Shown in pieces: positions 56,251 to 64,000 of a DNA stretch of 64,000 nt (position 1 is its first letter; every line of letters starts with the position of its first letter). Under the pieces are notes generated by a model, which saw only the letters and a program-made list of their open reading frames with translations, was not told the origin of the DNA and did not search any database. The stretch covers positions 3,442,483 to 3,506,482 of the forward strand of contig SMSO01000032.1 of the NCBI GenBank assembly GCA_004764695.1. The letters run 5' to 3'. Made by a program: the position numbers and the translations under genes. This DNA comes from Schizochytrium sp. TIO01 (Eukaryota > Protista > Bigyra: Labyrinthulomycetes).

Positions 56251-58470
56251 CTTGCTGGTTTGTAAAGAAGTGCTTCGAACTCCTGTATGGGATACTCCTT
56301 CGTTTCTGTGTTTTGTTTCGGGTTTGCTTGCAAGTTCCTTGCGGCTGACTTGTTTGCTTTGGCTTGCTTGGCTTGCGTGCTCAAGTCTCGCTGTCGAGGA
56401 GTTTCGGGTTTGCTGTCTGTGCGACTTGCCGTTCGGGTTGTGGCTCGCGGGGTCTTTGCTCTCGGCACTAGTATTGTAGTATCAGTATTCCACTTTCTCC
56501 TTCACCAGTGGGTGACTACTTCATATTTACCATTGTATAGAATATGTTAGCATGGATTCATGATAATAATACCTTGGTACGACTAGGAAAAGCGATGGTA
56601 AGAATATTTTTTAATATCTCACTTCCATCTCGCTCTGCTTCTTGGGCGCCGTAGACCATTTATGCTTCGCTTCGTGAAAGGGCCAAAGCTAGGGCCGCCA
56701 AACCAGGTCGTAGAGGCCGGCAGCCAGTATTTCTATGCACACTCAAGCTAGCTAGCTATAGCTAGCTGCCTCGGCCTCAGTTTCAAGGTCCCTCCTCCAT
56801 CTCAAACAGATTATCAAACCAACCAACCAAACCAACCAACCAACAAACAACAATTCTGTCGCTCTTTTCACGATGTTTTTCATATTTTCATTTTTCTAGC
56901 TAAGAGAAAGGCAGACAGTCTGCCAAAACATGGAGGAACTTGAATGTGCGGAGCAAAATTAAAAAAGGGGAAGTTTTCTTTTAATCAATTGCATGTCAAA
57001 ACATTTGTAAGAACTGGGCCACTGAATTTCTACCTATTCGTGAAGAATGCATAGCTGACAACGAAATCCAGGGCACAGTTTGCGATCGCCTTTCGCAGCG
57101 CCAAGACCCGCGCACACCCTCTTCTTCAGCATCGCAAAGCTGCCAGGGCTCGTGCAGCCATCTTGAGGCAGCATATTGCTGGCGCTCAGGTCCCCGTAAT
57201 TATTGCCTGAGATTCCACCTTTCGGCACAGCCATAACTTTTGAAGTGCGAACCCTAGCAGACTATTAGCATCTCGCACTAGTGGAAGGTCACCCTACATC
57301 TTTTATCTTTTTCTTTTGTCTAAGTTTGTTTTATCCTGAATATCTTTAAAACAAAATTTAATTTTGTTAATTCCATAAATTAACTGTTAGTGAAGCAGGA
57401 ATTGGATCAAATGAATCGGGATTCCATCGATCGCTCTACTGCGAATGGTTTCTTCATGATGGAACTTCAAGAGACACCTAATACATGCGCCAGCCCTACG
57501 CTACTTATGGCGCTTCCGTGTAGATCGAGATCGGGCTAGAAGGTTGCTTTGACTGATCTAGATTGGACTAGTTCCGCTTTCTGCTTTAGCCGCTCAAAAA
57601 AGAGTACAAGCAAACAACTAGAAGCTTTATTTGGAGCGACTTCTCTCTTTCAACATCATTTTCTTTTCACAGATGATTTTTGCAAAGGGCCTCGCGCAAG
57701 CCGATAGGTGGCTAGCTCGCCAAGACGACAGTGAAGTCCCACCCAAATCAAGCCATGAGTGTCTATCCGCATGAGGCCCGACCGGGGCCTGGCCTCCGAT
57801 ATCTTTCTTTCATGCCTGTGATGCGAAGCCACGCCTGGGTTTTGACTCATCAAGAGTCCTCAATTCCGGAGCCACTTAGGCCTCACTCTTTTTAATTTTT
57901 AATTTTTTAACGCTCATTTTAAAAACCACTTGCCGATGATGGTCACGCTAGCATCTACTATCAGATGCCTACCTATCATGGTTCCTTCTATCTTTCAGAT
58001 ACTACAGGTCCAGGCAGGCGGAGTTCAGCGTCGCCCTTGCATCTGACGATTCCGCAAATAAGGTTCCACTTCAAAGGCATTGTAGCAAATAAGCCGAAGA
58101 CAGCGTTCGTTGAGAACGGTTATCGTTATTTGCGTTTATTTGCGTGAGAGGTTTCCGCTCGCTTAGTTGAGAGTTGAGGCAGTTACGGACGTGTTCTGGT
58201 GGTCGTGGCAGAGGTTCTGCTTTTGGAGACGAGGCGGATCTTCAATCGCGTGTCACCGGGTCTGTGATACTCCGCTGAATGAGTACCTGGCCTGGTGCTG
58301 GGTCTTCGAAGGGTGTTGAGGGCCCGTCTCTTGAAGTTCGCAACAAAGTCTGTGGCAAGAAACTTGGAATATATGTTGCCGCAAGTGGGATGGCACCTGG
58401 CATTGCATCAAGCAAATGCTGTAAACATCATATAAACTCTGTAGGAATGAATGCCTGTGGAGCAGATTTC

Positions 58471-58508
58471 CACTCACTCACTCACTCACTCACTCACTCA
58501 CTCACTCG
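58471..58508. repeat. (CACT)n microsatellite
   Basis: About nine tandem CACT units. Confidence 0.9.
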
Positions 58509-61500
58509 CCAATTCATTCATGTTGAGAAGCCCAGTGTCACATTAGTCTCAATCTAGATTTCGTAGAGGGTGTTTGTTTCTAGCATCGATCCCATATCTT
58601 GGGCTGGTGTTTCATAAGTGTTTCGTAGCTCAGAGTGATTCCGACTGCTTTTGAAGTCGTCTGTGATTTCATGGGATGTCTCAAATCAAACCTCGAAACC
58701 ATGATGACCGAAGGAGCCCAAACATTCATACGGTGGACTCTTTTCGTAGCAGAGCGGTAGCTAGAACAGATATTTCAATCTAACTAGCTGGCTGGCTTGA
58801 TGGCACGCATTTCGCACACCGCAGCAACGAAAGATTCGCAACCACTCGTCTAGAATCCAATCGCGCCGACGTGTGTGTGCTTAAGACCTGGCTTGCGCTT
58901 GGTTTGGTTGTCATGACGATCATTCATCTTGCTGCGCTCAATCTTGGTTGAACTTACTTACTCATATTTTTAATTTATTTTTAAAAAAAGTTAAAAAATT
59001 GAAGACAACATTTTTACGAAAGAGAAAGAGAAACATACTTACAAAAAAAATTGATTTATCTTTTCAACTTTACATTGATACTCCAATTGAGTGGAAAGAG
59101 GGAAAGAGGAAAGACGAGGTGCTAGCCTAACTAGCAGTCCCATAGGAAGAATCCTCGTGGCCATGGCGCAGAACTTCAAAGTGTTCGAATAAAATTACGC
59201 ACTAGACAATGATCAAGTGACTGAAGAAAACACCAGCAGCAACATAAGCAGCGAGATTCTTCGCCAGCTTGTGTTTCTCATTACATTCACGACGATGGAT
59301 GGTAGCTAAGTTGGAAAGGGTTGTGACTTGCAAGCACTCCATGACGACTCATTGAGGATTACTTCTGTGCAAAAGTCAGTCAGAATCTCGTGGTATTGAC
59401 ATGAAGTGCTTAGACGCCAATAGATCAATTCACCTCAAATTGGTTGGAGTTCTATGTAGGCGCCGTTTCAGCTCCCAGCTGCAGCGTGTTTGTGTGACCA
59501 CATTCGCTGTTTCCGCAGTTCCCGTGCGATGATTTCTTTGGGTCGTCGGTCACTGACTAGAGAAAGCCCAAGCGACGCCAGCAAACGCAGAAGTTTCAAG
59601 CTAGAGTTTGTCCTTGGGGCACTTTGCGACCTGGCGAATCGCCAGCTTCCGCCCTAACTCGTTTTCAAAGTGGTGGCCATAACTTCGTCCACGTCGCATA
59701 CTTCCCCGCTGCGAAAAGAACCAGAGACGATCTCGAGGACCATCGGCAAAGTCAACAACGCACAAGAGATGGGCCTTGCTGATCAGCTGTTTCGCCGCTC
59801 ACTCACTCGGTATACGAAGCCGCCTCCGCTTCTTCAATCTGGATTTCCTCAAACACATTGCGAGGGCAAGGCCATCCAAGGTGAGAAAGTGCTTTTCACG
59901 GCGCGTAATATTGCCTCTTCTGCTACGCCCCTAAACTTCCCAGCCATCACGAAAGACCGCAAAGTGTGTGGATTGAAGTTCCAAGTTCAGCTATCTTTTA
60001 AAATGCTGGCACCTGGAGATTCTAAGAGTCTGGATAAGCCAGTTACATGCATATAATTTACTGCTGAACACACACTTAGAGGCCCCGCAGTGGTCCAAAG
60101 AGAAACTGTCCCTCAGTGAACTTTTGCAGCAGTTGTGGGAACAGAGGAAACACATGGAGGGGACTAATGGTATGCGTCGAGGAGCTCGTTGCGAAGTAAT
60201 TGGCGGCGATGTGTCATGGGTTTTGAGGTTGTTGAGGCTCAAATGGAGGTGCAGCAGTGGGGGCGAAGTATAAGAGAACTAAGTCAAATCTTAGAAGAAC
60301 TACACTGCAAAGAAGAAACTTAGCGCGTCGGATCTGAACTTGTAGGATGTAGGAGCGCAATATCTATCTGCTCTTCCCCACCCTTCAAACCAGCAGCATG
60401 ATTTCTTTTTGAATTAAAAGTCTATCTAATTATAGCTTTGCGAAGGCGTTGCAGTGCTGGCTGCCCATGCTGCTTGCCAAACAGTCGACCATTGAGGCAG
60501 GACTTTTAATTTAATTTAATTAAAAAAAACTTTCCACATTTCCTTCGAGGGGGTAGTCCTCTTCCCGTCTCATCTTTACAAAATACACAAAGAACCACGG
60601 TCAGGCCGAGGGAGATCTCGAAGTTTAAAAGTATTTCCGCGGCTTGGAATTTTTGATTGAGTACTGAGAATTCTCCTTTCCCTTTTTCTTTTAAAGAAAA
60701 ACAAACGATTGGTGGAGTGAGAGCGTGCTCGGCAACTACAAAGTAGCACTTTGCTGTCTGAACTAAGCATAGATTCTAGTCAAGATATAGTCCTCGCTTT
60801 ATGGGCTAGGAGCCTAAGCGTTGAAACACTAAGATCATCGAACCTCTGAGTGTAAGCAAGCTTATAGTTTATTGCGTAATAAACATTCCTTTTCTTTTCT
60901 TTTCATGTTCTAGGGACAACTTAAATTGTTTGGAATTGACTTCGGAGTAGCCTAAATGAAGGCAGACTTGAACACTTCACTTCAGCAATAATTGTCCAGG
61001 TGTTTGATTTAAAAGTTTTATTATACTAAAAGAGTTTTACGTGGAAGAATGTCAGGCTCGAAGTTTGAGAGACGGAAACCAGCAATCAGCCTGTCGCCTT
61101 GCAAACCGAGCTGAGCATTCGTGAGCTTGTGTTCGGAGTAGGTTTCATGTCAGATTTAGCTGAATTCGTTCGCAAGACCAAAGCCTGAATACATGTTCGT
61201 AACAAGGAATTGACAAAAGTAGTCTTCAAACCTTCTTTTCATTTCTAAACCTTTTCTCTGTTTATAATTTTTTACTTTTCATCTTAGTAAAGCATTATAT
61301 TCTGCATTAGATTATACATACGATGTTCTACATACTTCACTTAGGAAGGCGGCTTTTGTAAGATTTTAAATTATTAGTCTAAGTGCAAAGCCTTGTCATG
61401 CTTAAGTCGCAAACGCAAACGTTATTATCACCAGAGTAGCACGTATGCGTACGTTCCTTCGAAATAACTAATTCCTTTACCACCATAATCTCTTCATTTA

Positions 61501-61970
61501 AAAAACCAAGATTTACAGTCTCGCACAGTTGATATGCTGAAATACATCAACTTGTCTTACTCGCAACTAAGATCTACCTACGACTATTTTTCGTGCCCGT
61601 ATTTTTAAAAATTAAAACATTTACATTCAGATTTTAAGTGAAAAACAATTGACGACAAATGTATTTTCTATTCTATTTGAATTTCCGCAAATTTGCACAG
61701 TAGATACTACGTTGGTACCTTCAATGTTTTAACCCAAATTGTAACTTTAATATTGGCATAAACGGTATAAAGTATATTTATCACCAACCAAAAGACCTTG
61801 TCATCCTTCTGTCGGAGCATGTGTTGTACGTTCGAGGCTGCAAGCCGTAGGAGGCAAATTACTTCCCTGGGAAAGTTTGTTTAAATATAATTCCGAAGGC
61901 TACATTTCATCCAGCAATATTCTCATAGAATAATGTAGTTTAGATTTCAGTGTGTCAATATTAAAAAATA

Positions 61971-62008
61971 AAGAAGAAGAAGAATAGAAGAAGAAGAAGA
62001 AGAAGAAG
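61971..62008. repeat. (GAA)n microsatellite
   Basis: Interrupted GAA run. Confidence 0.85.
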
Positions 62009-63169
62009 TGGATTGTTAAAAGTGAATAGACCCGTAGAAGCTCGTTTCTCTAAGACAGCCTTACAAGTGCACGTACCAGAAATAACTTTTACGGCATTTG
62101 CAATTTAACTTTTTACTATTTTGATTTTTAAACAAATTAACCAAAGAACTGAAGGCGTGGAAGTTAAGACAACGTTTGTAAGTTTAAGAAGCATTGAAAG
62201 CTACTCATTGGAGAATTTTATTTATAGAACGTAGTTTTTCAACTACCTGAGCTCAAAGTCAGACCATGCACGTGTGGCTGAGTCTTAAAAAATGGCTGGC
62301 TCAGAACGCTTTCAAAACTTGTATTCTATGAGTGTGCCTTCTAAAAGCCTCGAATTATGATTTGTAAGCCTAACTTGGCGTTTGGACACCTCATTAGAAG
62401 TCGGCCTTTACTGAGCAGAGAGTTTTGTACAACTAGCACAAGCGAACGCCTATTTATTTATTCCAGTTAGCAATTTTCCTCAATATAATTAATATATATT
62501 TGACTTGAAGGGTGGCGAGTCAAGTTTCAACGAAATCATTAAAATTCGATGCACACAAACTCCTCATCGGCTAAGCGTGTTCAACGAGTCGCCATCCAGC
62601 CACTGGAGACACTCACGGATTTGTGTCTAGGACCCTCAAAGTCTTACTTCTATCCTAAAGAGTATGATTCTTCTGCACTTGCTCTTCTAGTTCTGTCCGG
62701 GATGTCATCCCTTCCTTTTCGGATGTTGATGGGAATCAATCATTATCAAATATTCAAAGAAGAAAAGCGTAGTAGATAATCATGAGCCTGCGCTCGGCGG
62801 CTATCCTGGTTTTCATGGGAGCTTGAAAAAATAAAAATGAAAGAATCGTCATTCTTGGCTTGCCTTCAAACGAAAAGTCTCACCTAATTCGATTATCCTT
62901 ACTACCAGTGATAGCAAACAAATTGTATGGGCTCTTGTAATGATAACTAATCCATTCCATATTTTGGAACCAGGAAAGCTTCAAATTCGTTCTATACTAA
63001 AAGTGAAAACTGTTGTCTTACAGTATGGATTCACTTCCGATTCGTTCTAGCACGAGGTTATATTGACTTGTTTACGTATCGGATATAGAAAAAGTGAGGT
63101 ATCTAGACACACTAGAATACTTGACGAGCCCAATCCTTTCTCACACCACACAATTAGCCATAGATTCAA

Positions 63170-64000
63170 GTTGGGTGGCCATGGTTTTTCTAAGGTATCG
63201 AACTCAATTCATCTTTCAGAAGTATGTCAGGTAACGCCATTACAGCTTTTGGCACGAGCGAAGTCAGCGTAGAGAGAATATGAAGCTGAATAAAAGAACC
63301 TATAGAATTTCGGCAGGCTTCATGGGATATTTGACTGGTTTGGCTTCAGAGGGACTGGAATTACAGCCTGTTAAATTGGACCAATAAGGATGATTGTTTT
63401 TTCACTCCAATAGCTGAACAACAAATCCCAGCTTTCGGAACATAGTCCTAGTTTAATCAAAGCACTATTCCAACCACGCAGTAGGTGGCAGTTGCACATG
63501 TGACAAGGTATTCCCATCCATTCAAATGATCTCAAACTTCGAATCCAATACAGATCAATCGGGGTGTCGGCATTGTTTGCAGGAATATTGAGCGCACACT
63601 CAAACTCGTAAAACCTACCAACATACTCTTATGGTTAGCGCACACCAGCATATCAACTTCATGTGACTCATCAACCAAATCAGCTTCCATTATCCAAATT
63701 TTAATCAAACACTAGGTCGAGATGTGGTACTTAGTATCTCAATGTCCCAAGGGCTTCTTGTAAGCACCATCGACGATTTTATTGTAAAGATTGAGCAAAG
63801 ATCGAAAGTTGTCGTGAATGTTGCACGTGCAGTGAAGCAAATTGTTCATTGCTCTATCAAAGAATTCGCAGCTTTGCAGTTGTTTACGGCAACCAGCCTT
63901 TATGAGATGTTGAAATCAAACTTGCAAATCGTTTACACACTACCGCCCAAGGCGTGTAATCAAATATAAAAACTAGTGAGCATATTGAATAAGCGGCTGT
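63170..64000 (-). pseudogene. Possible decayed coding sequence of unknown family
   Basis: Minus-strand frames read as protein-like segments broken by isolated stops and one frameshift (FFDRAMNNLLHC..LYNKIVDGAYKKPLGH*; YVGRFYEFECALNIPANNADTPIDLYWIRSLRSFEWMGIPCHMCNCHLL..). No family recognised. Confidence 0.3.

Noticed and set aside
59670-60056. 128-aa GTG-start ORF
   Set aside because: Non-ATG start, no domain and no supporting splice signals.

Overview
Eukaryotic nuclear DNA, intron-poor and about 45% GC, with AT-rich, microsatellite-laden intergenic tracts. Gene content (axonemal dynein, PAN/apple secreted protein, SPTxxPT mucin-like protein, CAMK-EF-cNMP kinase) fits a flagellated stramenopile such as a thraustochytrid; this is inference. 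I can support 14 protein genes: the 5' 7 kb of an inner-arm dynein heavy chain (absent from the ORF track because it runs off the left edge), an Oxa1/Cox18 insertase, an IQ-repeat protein, a SAM protein, a PAN/apple protein, PNGase, a bacterial-type Cas4-like/DUF2779 double nuclease, a C-factor-like SDR, a spliced SAP30-PHD-winged-helix chromatin protein, a GNAT, a TM-mucin protein, a kinase-EF-4xcNMP protein, serine dehydratase and a ZIP transporter. There are also two identical tRNA-His genes. Best leads: (1) a GADD34/PPP1R15-like PP1-docking module (RVxF..TVH..RxGPWE) fused to a SAM domain; (2) an intact prokaryote-type Cas4-like plus DEDD nuclease among eukaryotic genes, with a 148-bp tandem duplication of its 3' end; (3) a SAP30-PHD-forkhead-like fusion visible only after splicing an intron with a distant branch point; (4) an apparently mitochondrion-targeted Ca2+/cyclic-nucleotide kinase. 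All family calls come from motif recognition by eye; no searches were run.
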